A DNA stretch of 64,000 nt from an uncultured Acidobacteriota bacterium (GTDB lineage Bacteria > Acidobacteriota > Vicinamibacteria > Vicinamibacterales > UBA2999), in NCBI GenBank assembly GCA_963827515.1, contig CAWHBF010000023.1, forward strand, positions 511,281-575,280, in the 5' to 3' direction. Of this stretch, positions 55,075-64,000 are shown one piece after another. The number at the start of each line of letters is the position of its first letter. The stretch's first letter is position 1. The translations under genes were made by a program, and so were the position numbers. The notes beneath the pieces were generated by a model. It saw nothing but the letters and a program-made list of their open reading frames with translations. It made no database searches and was not told the DNA's origin.

Positions 55075-56165
55075 AGCCCGAATCGCTCCGGCCGCACGAG
55101 TGCCAGCCCTTCTCGCTCGTACCCGTTCAGAATGAGGTCGGCCACCATGATCGCTGTGAGCGGCGCGAGCAACACGCCGTTTCGATAGTGCCCGGTGGCG
55201 TAGTACACGCCGGGCATTGTCGATGAAGCGCCAATGATCGGCAACTCGTCGGGCGTGGCGGGCCGCAGCCCCGCACGCGCGCCCTCGCACTTCGCTGACC
55301 GCGCCGCGGGCAGCAACGCTTGCGCGCACTCGAGCAGCCGCTGAACCCCTTCGGTCGTCACGCTCTCGTCGAACCCCACGTCTTCGACCGTTGCACCCAC
55401 GAGCAGGCGACCATCTTCCCAGGGCACGAGGTAGCCGTCGGCGCCCCATACCACGCGAGACAGAGGCGGCCGCTCGAAGCGAAGCTGCAAGAGCTGCCCG
55501 CGAACGGGCCGTACCGGCGCCGGAGGAGCTGCCGCCATCGGAATGCCGCCAGACCAGCTGCCGGCCGCGAGTACGACAACGTTGGATGTGAGCGTTCCCT
55601 CGGAGGTCTCGACGCGCACCGACCCAGCGGCGGTGCTCACGCCGAGGACCTTCGCGGCGGACAGGGTGGCTCCAGCTCTGCCGGCCGCCTCCGTAAGGGC
55701 CGAGACGAGCGTCGCCACACCAACGTAGCCGTGCTCGGGAATCAGCAATCCGGAGCAAACGTCTTCTGCCAACGCCGGCTCGAGAGATTTGAGGGCGCTA
55801 CCGTCGAGATACGAATGCGGCACTCCAGCGTCGACCAGCGCGCGGCCCTCTTTCTCGAGCTGGCGCGACTCGTCGTCCGTACGGGCAACCTGAAGCGTGC
55901 CCGAGCGTCGATACTCGACGCGACGTTGGGCATCCGCAGCGACGCGCGTGATGAAGCTGTCGTAGAGATCGAGGCTGCCGAGCCCCAATCGGAGCAGCGC
56001 CTCGGAATGTCCTTCGATGCGCGGCGCAAGCATTCCAGCCGACGCGCGTGATGCACCTTGGCCGGTCCCACGCGGATCGATCAGCCGCACTGCGGTGCCT
56101 CGTGCCGCGAGTTCGTAGGCAATGGCGCATCCGACGACGCCTGCGCCAACCACGGTCACGTTCAC
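55071..56165 (-). CDS. thiO: FAD-dependent glycine oxidase
   Basis: 364 aa with MNVTVVGAGVVGCAIAYELAARG and a DAO-family body (GYLVPWEDGRLLVGATVE, YYATGHYRNGVLLAP). The ThiO versus generic DAO call is by similarity of these motifs only. Confidence 0.7.
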   Translation of the reverse strand: MNVTVVGAGVVGCAIAYELAARGTAVRLIDPRGTGQGASRASAGMLAPRIEGHSEALLRLGLGSLDLYDSFITRVAADAQRRVEYRRSGTLQVARTDDESRQLEKEGRALVDAGVPHSYLDGSALKSLEPALAEDVCSGLLIPEHGYVGVATLVSALTEAAGRAGATLSAAKVLGVSTAAGSVRVETSEGTLTSNVVVLAAGSWSGGIPMAAAPPAPVRPVRGQLLQLRFERPPLSRVVWGADGYLVPWEDGRLLVGATVEDVGFDESVTTEGVQRLLECAQALLPAARSAKCEGARAGLRPATPDELPIIGASSTMPGVYYATGHYRNGVLLAPLTAIMVADLILNGYEREGLALVRPERFGL

Positions 56166-56191
56166 CTTGTGATTCTAGTCCCGAGCCCTAC

Positions 56192-56258
56192 GAGCCACCG
56201 AGACGCAGAGTCACAGAGAGAACCGAAATGACTCTATGGTTCTGTGCCTCTGTGGCCC
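56192..56258. repeat. CACAGAG-family hairpin element
   Basis: The sequence is gagccaccgagacgcagagtcacagagagaaccgaaatgactctatggttctgtgcctctgtggccc. Confidence 0.85.
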
Positions 56259-56291
56259 GGCAGGGAGTGCGGCCAGTCTGAGGTCCGATGA

Positions 56292-58949
56292 CTAGTAGCG
56301 GAGGTTCATTCCTACTTCGACGCGCCGGGCCGGCGCGGCGGATGTCGCGGTGCCAAAGAAGGATGAGCTCAGATTGCCGCTGAAGCTTCCCAGGTTCACG
56401 CGATTGAAGAGATTGGAGGCCTGGCCATAGATCTCCAGCGTGAAGCGCTGATCACCACCGCCCTGCCCGCCACCCCGACCGCCACCTCCGCGGCCGCCTC
56501 CGCCACCTTGCGGTCCGCCTCGGCCCGGCCCGCCGAAGCCTCCGCCGCCGGGGCCGGCCGGGCCCGGGCCGCCTTCAACAGTCCGCGATCCGCCAAAGCC
56601 GAAGTCGCGAGTGATCCGCAGGTTCGTCTCGACCCGGGACGCACCCCTTTCCGAATTCCGTCCAATTCCCGCTGGCCGATCGTTGCTCACGCCGTCGCGG
56701 TTGTCGTCACTTCCAGTGGTGACGGTGTATGGCGGGGCCGACGAATACTGGTTCGTCATATTGGCGCGGATCTCAAGCGGGAACGTGTAATTCAGAGTAG
56801 CAAATACGCGATGCCGGATGTCCTGCGACGCAGGTCCCCACTCCGCATCCGGATCCCGGCTGTTCGCCGGAAGCGAGGTCGCGCTGTTTGCGTGGTTCTT
56901 CACCTGTGCGAGCGTGTAACCCACGTTGAAGAAAATGTTGCGCTGGGGAACTCGAAAGTTTGCGTTGAGCGTCACGCGGTCGTTGGCCATTCGTCCGGTT
57001 GACTCGATCTGGGTGATGGTGCCGGCCGTTGGATCGGGACGCACCCCGAACTCGTCGGGCGCGTTGATATTGAGCGAACGCAGTTGGTCGTGTCCGCGCT
57101 GCCACTGATACGACGTCTGCAGGGTCAGAAACTCGCCAATCGGACGATCCACCCCGATCGAGGCCTGCTGCACGGACGGCATCCTCAAATCCGGATCTGC
57201 CTGCACAACCCCGCCCGGCACGACCTCGGCAAGCAGCCCGCCCACTGGATCGGGATAGCCAGGGTCGAGAATCAGCAGGTCACGCTGCAGATCGCCATCC
57301 ACGCGGATGGTCTGATCGTGAAGGCTCGCCTCGTACCAATCGTAGAAAATCCCATATCCGCCGCGGATCGCCGTGCGCGACCCGCCAGGATTCCAGGTAA
57401 ATCCCAGACGCGGCATCACGTTGATGCGGTCGTCCACGAACGATTGCATCTCCTGGCGCGCGCCAAGGCTGATCGAGAGCGTCCGGTTGAGCCGAATATC
57501 GTCCTGCAGGTAGAACCCAAGCTGGTAGTAGGTGAACGATGTTTCCCCGAGGCCAAGACGTTGCGTGAACGTGTCGGGCCGGCCGGCGTTGTAGTTTTCG
57601 ATGCTGCTGAACGTGAACGTGCCGGCGGCGTTTCTGGCGTCGAACTCCCTGAAATGCGAGACCTCCAGGAGGACGCCGGTACGAAGCACATGTAGCCCGC
57701 GCGTGAAGTCGGTGTCGTTTGCGAACTGCACGGTCCTCGTCCTATTCCGGTTCAAGACGTTCGCGCTGCCCTCAGTGAACGCGTCGATCACTCGGACGGT
57801 CCGAGCGCTGGACATGGGTTGTGATTCGCTCTTGCTGATGTTCACCTGCAGACGCGACTCGTTGAGTATCTTGCCGGCATACAGCCCCTGAAGCGAGGTT
57901 CTCCATTGGTGCTCGGTTCCCGTGCGGGTGAACGCCCGGTCCTGGAGGTCGAAGTTCCCCACTCCCTGGTTCTCACGTGAGTTTTGCTCCCTCCTGTACT
58001 CGAGACGCAGCGTCCGATCGTCGGTGAGTACATGCTCGAGGCCAACCGTGAGGTTGGTCGCCTGGATGGGTCGTTGGAACTGATCCACGTAGGAGGAGCC
58101 ATCTCCGAGCTGGGCGACGATCGTCCCGGAATCGTAGGACCGGTTGCCGTCCACGTTCAGGCGAATCGCTGTGCGCCCGCTCACGATGGGACCTCGCAGC
58201 CCCCCGTTGAACCGGCGGAACAGCTCCGGTGTTTGCTCCGTCGCAAACGCGTTCCGGGCGCTCAAGACATCGCTGCGCAGCCCCATGTTCGCGCTGCCGG
58301 TCCAGCGCGTCACGTTGGGCCTCGTGATGATCTGGACCTGGACACGCCCCGCGTCATGGTTGTCGGCGGCGAACGAGTTGATGCGAAATCGGATCTGGCG
58401 GATCTCATCCCGTGGCGGAAGTGTGCCGCTGGTAAAGCCATCCACCTGGAACACGGCTCCCGCGCCGCCGGTCATTTGCTCCAGCACCAGCGCCATCTCC
58501 ACGGGATCATCCGGCAGCTCCGCGATATCCGCCTCCTCGAGCGTCGTCGTCAGCGAGTTGCCGCGCCGATCGTCGGTGGATGCGGTGTCAGCAACGACGA
58601 TCTCCTCCTGGAACCCGGCGATCACCAACGTGACGGTGGCGTCGTTGGTTCCGCGCCGGAGCGTCAGGGATTCTTCGAACGGCTGGAATCCCGCGGACTC
58701 GACGCGCAACTGTACGAGGCCGGCGACAAGCGCCGGGATCGTGACCTGCCCTCGATCGTTCGTGACGGCCGTTGTCTGTGGGCCTTCTGGCGGGCCGACA
58801 CGAACGGCGGCGCCACCAACGCTGGCCTTCGTCTGATCGACGACCGTGAGGCGAAGCTGTGACACAAGCGGAGGCGCCTGCGCAACGGCGGGTGCAGCCG
58901 ACACAGCAGCCGCGAAAGCCGCGGCGAACACTATCCGTGAGAGTGTCAC
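56292..58949 (-). CDS. Outer-membrane TonB-dependent-receptor-like beta-barrel with an N-terminal carboxypeptidase-regulatory-like domain
   Basis: The GTG start at 58949 overlaps the upstream stop (GTGA). The signal is VTLSRIVFAAAFAAAVSAAPAVAQA. The CarboxypepD_reg-like region is LRLTVVDQTKASVGGAAVRV...GQVTIPALVAGLVQLRVE. The barrel is long and ends ...RRVEVGMNLRY*. It contains a Gly/Arg-rich insert. Confidence 0.8.
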   Translation of the reverse strand: MTLSRIVFAAAFAAAVSAAPAVAQAPPLVSQLRLTVVDQTKASVGGAAVRVGPPEGPQTTAVTNDRGQVTIPALVAGLVQLRVESAGFQPFEESLTLRRGTNDATVTLVIAGFQEEIVVADTASTDDRRGNSLTTTLEEADIAELPDDPVEMALVLEQMTGGAGAVFQVDGFTSGTLPPRDEIRQIRFRINSFAADNHDAGRVQVQIITRPNVTRWTGSANMGLRSDVLSARNAFATEQTPELFRRFNGGLRGPIVSGRTAIRLNVDGNRSYDSGTIVAQLGDGSSYVDQFQRPIQATNLTVGLEHVLTDDRTLRLEYRREQNSRENQGVGNFDLQDRAFTRTGTEHQWRTSLQGLYAGKILNESRLQVNISKSESQPMSSARTVRVIDAFTEGSANVLNRNRTRTVQFANDTDFTRGLHVLRTGVLLEVSHFREFDARNAAGTFTFSSIENYNAGRPDTFTQRLGLGETSFTYYQLGFYLQDDIRLNRTLSISLGARQEMQSFVDDRINVMPRLGFTWNPGGSRTAIRGGYGIFYDWYEASLHDQTIRVDGDLQRDLLILDPGYPDPVGGLLAEVVPGGVVQADPDLRMPSVQQASIGVDRPIGEFLTLQTSYQWQRGHDQLRSLNINAPDEFGVRPDPTAGTITQIESTGRMANDRVTLNANFRVPQRNIFFNVGYTLAQVKNHANSATSLPANSRDPDAEWGPASQDIRHRVFATLNYTFPLEIRANMTNQYSSAPPYTVTTGSDDNRDGVSNDRPAGIGRNSERGASRVETNLRITRDFGFGGSRTVEGGPGPAGPGGGGFGGPGRGGPQGGGGGRGGGGRGGGQGGGDQRFTLEIYGQASNLFNRVNLGSFSGNLSSSFFGTATSAAPARRVEVGMNLRY

Positions 58950-59962
58950 CTGGCGAACGTCTCTGCGTCGAAGGTCGGATTGACGCGATATCGACTGATC
59001 GTCCATTGCTCGATCGTCTGTCCGTTGGATCCGCGCGTAATCACGTGGGGCAGCTTGATCCCATTCACCACACGGTGGTCCGAGAACTTCATGTCGAAGT
59101 TCTCCGTCTGTGGGGGGCCTCCCTGAGGCGAACCGGCGCCGTCAGGTACCTGGCCACGTCGTCCACCACCACCCCGGCGGCCACCCGGACCCGCACCCGG
59201 GACGGCAGTCCACTGCAGCATCAGCGGCATACGTGTCTTGCTCTCGATGAAGAGACGCGTCGGTTGTCCATCAGCGTACCTCGCCTCCAGGACGTCCGCA
59301 GTGCCATCGGGCGATTGAGCGACCCCGACCCATGCGAGCGGTGTCGCACTGTGGAGGAGCCACATTAGCAGGAGCCGGCTGACCTCCGCTTGTCGCACAC
59401 GCCGCAGCGCGTCGGAATCGATGGAAGCGCCACCACGACCTCTGCCTCCCGCCGGCCCAGGGTCTGCCCCCGCATTGGCCTGAGGAGGATCACCAGGTCC
59501 GCCGTCTCGCGCGGCTTCGCTCTGTCCCGCCGCGGCGTCGGTCGGATCCGCGGGCGCCACATCGTTGTCTGGTGTGCCAGCGCGAGGTCCACCGCCGCGT
59601 CCGCCACGCACCGCGTCACGCGGCACGCCGCCGACGAGCGCTTCGATAGTTTCCGTCGAGGGCTGCCCCGGCGTTCCGGTTTTCTCGCTTCGCAGGTACT
59701 TGTCAGGCACCTCGATGAACACGTCGAAATCACCCTCGGTGTCATTGCCGCCGACGACGCGCCGGAAGGTGCCCGTGACCTGAAGCGTCTTCACGGCGGC
59801 CAGACCCTTCCCGCCGACAGCCTGCTGAGCCAGGGTCAGCAGAGCCGACCCGCGGGCGGCGTCTTGCGCCTTCACACCGGTGGACCACGCCAGCAGCAAG
59901 GCAACTGTCAGGGCAACCCACGCCGATAAGAGGGACGAGAATCGAAGTGCGATGTGTGTCAT
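58946..59962 (-). CDS. Hypothetical secreted protein with RGG/GGR-rich tracts
   Basis: The start is ATG 59962. The signal-like segment is MTHIALRFSSLLSAWVALTVALLLAWSTGVKAQ. No family was recognised. It is co-oriented with and coupled to the barrel gene. Confidence 0.5.
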   Translation of the reverse strand: MTHIALRFSSLLSAWVALTVALLLAWSTGVKAQDAARGSALLTLAQQAVGGKGLAAVKTLQVTGTFRRVVGGNDTEGDFDVFIEVPDKYLRSEKTGTPGQPSTETIEALVGGVPRDAVRGGRGGGPRAGTPDNDVAPADPTDAAAGQSEAARDGGPGDPPQANAGADPGPAGGRGRGGASIDSDALRRVRQAEVSRLLLMWLLHSATPLAWVGVAQSPDGTADVLEARYADGQPTRLFIESKTRMPLMLQWTAVPGAGPGGRRGGGGRRGQVPDGAGSPQGGPPQTENFDMKFSDHRVVNGIKLPHVITRGSNGQTIEQWTISRYRVNPTFDAETFAR

Positions 59963-60215
59963 GTCGGGCAGCGGGACGCAGAGTCCCATGTTCGGCTATC
60001 GGGTAGTTGTTGCCTTACCGGTAGTTACGGCGGTGGTCTCCAATGTGTTACCCGGCGGGCAACGCCGCAGGGTGGTGTCGGCGCACGTGATAGTCAGGAC
60101 AGGTCCGGAAAAGCGGGCAGCGTCCAGCGCAGTTCGTCGTGGATTCGGCACAAAATAAGGTGATTCCCCAGGGCACAGGCCTTGCTGTGCCAAGAAACCA
60201 AGGAGCGAGCGGGCA

Positions 60216-61151
60216 ATGGAATTCACTAAGGCGACAGTCGGCGTGGTTGCGGCGTGTTGTGTCGCGATAGGAGCCGGCGGTGCCTATTTGGTGAGCGGGA
60301 CGAGCAGCAGGGCTGAGGCCGTCCCCGAAGAGGTGGCAATCGCCTACAACTCGGAGGCACCCATTGCCCCGACGGGCGAGCCCGCGGCGATCGCCCCTGC
60401 GACGACCCAACCGGCGGCGGCGACATCGACCCCAGTAGCAGCGGCGCCGCGGCCGCGGCCAACTCGCCCGGCGAACGCACCCTCGGAACGCGCGCCCAGG
60501 CCTTCGTTTCAGGCAGACCCGGTTCGGTCGCCGGAACCGCAAGTCGTCCCTGCCCCGGCACCTGAGTCGATCAACCCTCCCGACCCGGAGCCGCTGGCAG
60601 CGGCCGAGCCTCCGGTACGGGAGTTCGAAGAGCTCGTCATCTCACCTGATTCCGTCATCGGACTTCAGATTGAAACCTCGACCACGAGTGAGCGCGCGCA
60701 GCTCGAAGACCTCGTCGTAGCCCATGTCACACGCGACGTCCGCGTCAATGGCAAGGTGGCCATTCCGGCTGGGGCGAAAGCGCACGGTGAGGTGACGCTC
60801 GTCGAGAGGGGCGGCCGTCTGCGGGACCGCGCCCGGCTCGGCGTTCGTTTCACGTCGGTTGTCCTGGCGGACGGCAGCAGAGTCCGCCTTGAATCCGAAA
60901 CCGTCTATCGCGAGGGCGACGCGCCCAGCCGCGAGAGCGCGGCCAAAATCGGCGGCGGTGCGATTGGCGGCGCGATCATCGGCGGCATTCTTGGCGGCGC
61001 GAAGGGCGCGGCAATCGGCGGGTCCGTAGGCGCGGGTGCCGGAACAACCGCTGTTCTGGCCGGTGGACGCAACCCCGCGACGCTTCCGAGCGGAACACCA
61101 GTGACCGTCCGGCTGACTGAGCCGGTGATCGTCACCGTCGACCGGCAGTAA
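60216..61151 (+). CDS. Hypothetical membrane-anchored protein with a Pro-rich linker and a glycine-zipper segment
   Basis: An AAGGAG Shine-Dalgarno sequence precedes the ATG at 60216. The N-terminal TM is VGVVAACCVAIGAGGAYLV. A P/A-rich linker follows. The glycine zipper is GGGAIGGAIIGGILGGAKGAAIGGSVGAGAG. Confidence 0.5.
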   Translation: MEFTKATVGVVAACCVAIGAGGAYLVSGTSSRAEAVPEEVAIAYNSEAPIAPTGEPAAIAPATTQPAAATSTPVAAAPRPRPTRPANAPSERAPRPSFQADPVRSPEPQVVPAPAPESINPPDPEPLAAAEPPVREFEELVISPDSVIGLQIETSTTSERAQLEDLVVAHVTRDVRVNGKVAIPAGAKAHGEVTLVERGGRLRDRARLGVRFTSVVLADGSRVRLESETVYREGDAPSRESAAKIGGGAIGGAIIGGILGGAKGAAIGGSVGAGAGTTAVLAGGRNPATLPSGTPVTVRLTEPVIVTVDRQ

Positions 61152-61189
61152 GGGCCGACGAGGTGTAAGATCGGGGCCGAGGAGCATCC

Positions 61190-61723
61190 ATGCCCATGAT
61201 CATTCGCCTTGCGCTCGCCGCCTCCCTGGCTGCTGCGCTCTTCGTCCCCGTCGCCGCCCAGGTCACAAAACAGGAAATCGCTGGCATCCGGAACTATTCA
61301 CGGGTCGACGCCACGGTCGGCTGCGGGGGTGCCACGGATCCGAGCGCCATGGCCGGGCTGAAGAAAGAAGGATTCGTCTCGGTGATTAACCTGCGGCTCG
61401 CAAACGAAGAGGGCGCCAATGTCGAGGCAGGCCGCGCCGCCGCCCAGGCAGCCGGTTTGAAATACATTCATCTCCCCTTCAACGCCGCCATGCCTGAGCC
61501 GATGGTGATCGACAGCTTTCTTGTCGCCGTCGCGGATCGTTCGAACCAGCCGGTCTACATCCACTGCGGGTCCGCCAATCGCGTCGGCGCCGTGTGGATG
61601 ATCAAGCGTGCGCTTCGAGACAAATGGCCGGTTGAGAAGGCTCTGGTCGAAGCGCAGGCGATTGGGCTCAACAACGCGGCGCTCACGACGTTCGCCACCA
61701 ACTACATCAACTCGCACAAATAG
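61190..61723 (+). CDS. Secreted Cys-based phosphatase-like protein (DSP/PTP-fold, DUF442-like)
   Basis: 177 aa with a signal peptide. The HCxxxxxR active-site motif is IHCGSANRVGAVW. Confidence 0.7.
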   Translation: MPMIIRLALAASLAAALFVPVAAQVTKQEIAGIRNYSRVDATVGCGGATDPSAMAGLKKEGFVSVINLRLANEEGANVEAGRAAAQAAGLKYIHLPFNAAMPEPMVIDSFLVAVADRSNQPVYIHCGSANRVGAVWMIKRALRDKWPVEKALVEAQAIGLNNAALTTFATNYINSHK

Positions 61724-61730
61724 AGTCCGC

Positions 61731-61805
61731 GAGCCACAGAGACACGAAGACACAGAGGAACAATCCTTATTGGATTGACTCTGTGTCTCTGAGCCTCTGT
61801 GGCCC
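61731..61805. repeat. CACAGAG-family hairpin element
   Basis: The sequence is gagccacagagacacgaagacacagaggaacaatccttattggattgactctgtgtctctgagcctctgtggccc. Confidence 0.85.
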
Positions 61806-61842
61806 GGTGACGTGTCAGACACCGAGTCCCCAGCCCCGAGCC

Positions 61843-63273
61843 ATGGATCCCGCCGACTTCCGCCGCCACGGCTACGCGCTCGTGGACTGGATCGCGGATT
61901 ACCTGGCTGATGCCGAGCGTTATCCCGTTCTACCAAGAGTGGAGCCCGGCGACGTCCGTCGGGCGCTGCCGACCGAAGCGCCGGAGCAGGGCGAACTGTT
62001 CGAGACGATCATCGCGGATTTCGACCGGGTGCTCGTTCCCGCGCTGACGCACTGGAACCATCCGGGCTTCTTCGGGTATTTCGCCATCACCGCCAGCGCG
62101 CCCGGTGTGCTTGCCGAATTCCTCGCCGCCGCGCTCAACCAGCAGGCGATGCTGTGGCGAACATCTCCCGCCGCGACCGAGCTCGAAGAGGTGTCGCTGG
62201 GATGGCTCCGCAGCCTGATGGGACTCCCCGACGCGTTCGAGGGCGTGATCTACGACACGGCGTCGATCTCGACGCTCCATGCCCTCGCCGCAGCCCGCGA
62301 AGCGTCCGTTCCAGAGGTGCGTGAGCTCGGTCTGGCTGGACGCCCAGAGGTCGGAGCGGTCCGCATCTATTGCTCGGAGCATGCGCATTCGTCCGTCGAC
62401 AAGGCAGTCATCCTGCTCGGCCTCGGGCATCGCGCCGTTCGCAAGATTTCCGTCGACGATCAGTTCAGGATGCAAGCAACTGCGCTGAGCGAAGCTATCC
62501 AGGACGATCGCGCGGCCGGTATCCTGCCGATCGCCGTCGTCGCGACCGTCGGCACCACCTCTACCACCAGCATCGATCCTGTCCGCGAGACTGCAGCCAT
62601 CTGCCACCGTGAAGGCCTGTGGCTGCACGTGGACGCCGCATACGCCGGGGTCACGGCGATGGTCCCCGAGTACCGCTCACGATTCGACGGCTGGGAGGAA
62701 GCCGACTCGATCGTCGTGAACCCGCACAAGTGGCTGTTCACGCCGTTCGACCTCAGCGCGTTCTATTGCCGCCGGATGGATATCGTTCGCCAGGCTTTTT
62801 CGCTGGTGCCCGACTACCTCGTCACCGCCGAGGGTACGCGGGGGGTTCGCAACCTGATGGACACCGGGATCCAGCTCGGCCGCCGCTTCAGATCGCTCAA
62901 GCTCTGGATGGTGCTCCGACATTTCGGCGCTGAAGGCATCCGAGCCGCGATCGTCGAACACATTCGCCTGGCGCAGCTCTTCGGTCGCTGGGTCGACGAG
63001 GACCCGAGATTCGAACGGGTCGCTCCGACGCCCTTCAGCGTGGTCTGCTTCCGAGCCAGGCCGCCGGAGCCAGGCCTGAGAGATGCCGAACTCGACGCGT
63101 TTAACGAGCGCCTGCTCGATGCCGTCAACGGAACTGGAGAGGTTTTCCTGTCGCACACACGGCTCAACGGACAGTTCGTGCTCCGACTGGCTATTGGACA
63201 CCTGCGCACGACCGAGCAGCACGTCGCAAGAGCCTGGGAACTGCTCAGGGAGCACTCTGCCAAGGTGCGATAG
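61843..63273 (+). CDS. Pyridoxal-dependent (group II) aromatic amino-acid/tyrosine decarboxylase family protein
   Basis: The start is taken at ATG 61843 because the upstream codons MSLSLCGP are repeat-derived. HWNHPGFFGYF, SEHAHSSVDKA and the PLP-lysine motif VVNPHKWLFTPFD are present. Confidence 0.9.
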   Translation: MDPADFRRHGYALVDWIADYLADAERYPVLPRVEPGDVRRALPTEAPEQGELFETIIADFDRVLVPALTHWNHPGFFGYFAITASAPGVLAEFLAAALNQQAMLWRTSPAATELEEVSLGWLRSLMGLPDAFEGVIYDTASISTLHALAAAREASVPEVRELGLAGRPEVGAVRIYCSEHAHSSVDKAVILLGLGHRAVRKISVDDQFRMQATALSEAIQDDRAAGILPIAVVATVGTTSTTSIDPVRETAAICHREGLWLHVDAAYAGVTAMVPEYRSRFDGWEEADSIVVNPHKWLFTPFDLSAFYCRRMDIVRQAFSLVPDYLVTAEGTRGVRNLMDTGIQLGRRFRSLKLWMVLRHFGAEGIRAAIVEHIRLAQLFGRWVDEDPRFERVAPTPFSVVCFRARPPEPGLRDAELDAFNERLLDAVNGTGEVFLSHTRLNGQFVLRLAIGHLRTTEQHVARAWELLREHSAKVR

Positions 63274-63305
63274 TGCGAGGGTGGGACGGTGCGCACCTTC
63301 GCACC

Positions 63306-63752
63306 TCAGACTTCCCCGTCGAGCCTCCAGAGCTCAATCCAGTGATCCCCTTCTGGCTCGAGCGCAACACATCCATGCAGCGGAAAACCTGGTGCCGCCC
63401 CTTCGAGTGGGCGGAGCAAGGAGAGCAAACCTGGCAGATGCGGCATGTGGCCGACGATCAGGATCGAACGAGCGTCGCCTAGGAGCTCATCGCGGATCCA
63501 CCGAGGCGGATCACCTGGTTGCAGACCATGGACCGCGAGGAATGCTGCCTGCGGATTGCAGGCGCGTCGGAAGAGCTGCGCGGTTTGGAGTGCCCGGATC
63601 TTGCCGCTGTGCCAGACCAGATCCGGTTTGACGCCTCGCGATGCCGCAGTCGCAGCGAGGGCCGTCGAGGCTGTGACGCCCCTCTCCGACAACGGCTGCA
63701 TCGGGTCGACCGCCGGTCCAACCGCGTCACCGTGATGAACGAGCAGCAGCAT
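63306..63752 (-). CDS. sixA: Phosphohistidine phosphatase SixA
   Basis: 148 aa with MLLLVHHGDA (RHG-like start of the histidine phosphatase fold), PLSERG and ILIVGHMPHL. Confidence 0.8.
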   Translation of the reverse strand: MLLLVHHGDAVGPAVDPMQPLSERGVTASTALAATAASRGVKPDLVWHSGKIRALQTAQLFRRACNPQAAFLAVHGLQPGDPPRWIRDELLGDARSILIVGHMPHLPGLLSLLRPLEGAAPGFPLHGCVALEPEGDHWIELWRLDGEV

Positions 63753-63779
63753 CTGGCGACACGGTTCGGACCGGAACGG

Positions 63780-64000
63780 CTAGAGGGCTTTCTTCAGCGC
63801 CCCCACTTTGTCCGTCGCTTCCCACGTGAGGTCTTTGTCGCTCTTGCCGAAGTGTCCGTAGTTGGTCGTCTTCCCGTAAATCGGACGCCGCAGGTCGAGC
63901 TGGTCGATGATGTCGGACGGTTGGAAGCTGAACACGCGATTGACGGCGCGCGTGATCTTCGTGTCGTCCACCGTGTTCGTGCCAAACGTCTCGACATGGA
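63780..64000 (-). CDS. metK: S-adenosylmethionine synthetase, C-terminal part. The 5' end is outside the window.
   Basis: ...FSFQPSDIIDQLDLRRPIYGKTTNYGHFGKSDKDLTWEATDKV... is the conserved MetK C-terminus. The frame stays open to the window edge. Confidence 0.9.
   Translation of the reverse strand, partial: HVETFGTNTVDDTKITRAVNRVFSFQPSDIIDQLDLRRPIYGKTTNYGHFGKSDKDLTWEATDKVGALKKAL

Noticed and set aside
56166-56291. I looked for a TPP riboswitch upstream of thiO.
   Set aside because: The region is occupied by a CACAGAG hairpin. No CUGAGA/ACCUGA-type TPP core was seen.
10181-61805. I considered whether the recurring CACAGAG repeats could be a CRISPR array.
   Set aside because: The copies are scattered singly over 50 kb and each is an internal palindrome. 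There is no regular repeat-spacer periodicity and there are no cas genes.

Overview
The window is a GC-rich bacterial chromosomal segment with about 55 protein genes on both strands. There are no rRNA or tRNA genes and no CRISPR array. The gene content suggests an Acidobacteriota-like organism, but this is inference only. That content includes a carboxypeptidase-regulatory-like TonB-type barrel, GxxExxY and four-helix-bundle cassette genes, an orphan BMC shell gene and many polytopic glycosyltransferase-like proteins. Most of the window is housekeeping: lipB/E2/lpdA, an NtrC-type regulator, HU, queF, P5C dehydrogenase, a MATE pump, type IIA topoisomerase B and A subunits, a glycosylation cluster, a MocR regulator, a GcvT-like protein with two CrtI-like oxidoreductases, thiO, an amino-acid decarboxylase, sixA and metK. 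Four things stand out. (1) A tightly coupled SNF2-type helicase gene (14667-17144) and a 1090-aa gamma-class N6-adenine methyltransferase gene (17146-20418) lack any recognisable partner genes of Type I RM, BREX or DISARM. They are preceded by a stand-alone Smr nuclease-domain gene and followed by a PD-(D/E)XK GxxExxY gene. This is my best candidate for an uncharacterised RM-like or defence module. (2) Three families of intergenic palindromic repeats are present: a CACAGAG hairpin family at eight loci, a GTAGAGCG element nested inside CACAGAG loops, and an AT-rich CAAAATG family. Two small cassette genes (GxxExxY and four-helix-bundle) sit between inverted repeat copies, an arrangement like that of REP-associated transposases. 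(3) An orphan BMC-H shell protein gene is present. (4) There is an unusually high load of 1-nt indels and one in-frame stop in otherwise well-conserved genes, including queF, pruA, topoisomerase A, a MutS-like gene and others. Several of the indels lie at short homopolymer runs, so consensus errors are the most likely cause, though this remains unproven. All family assignments come from motif recognition by eye. No database search was run.
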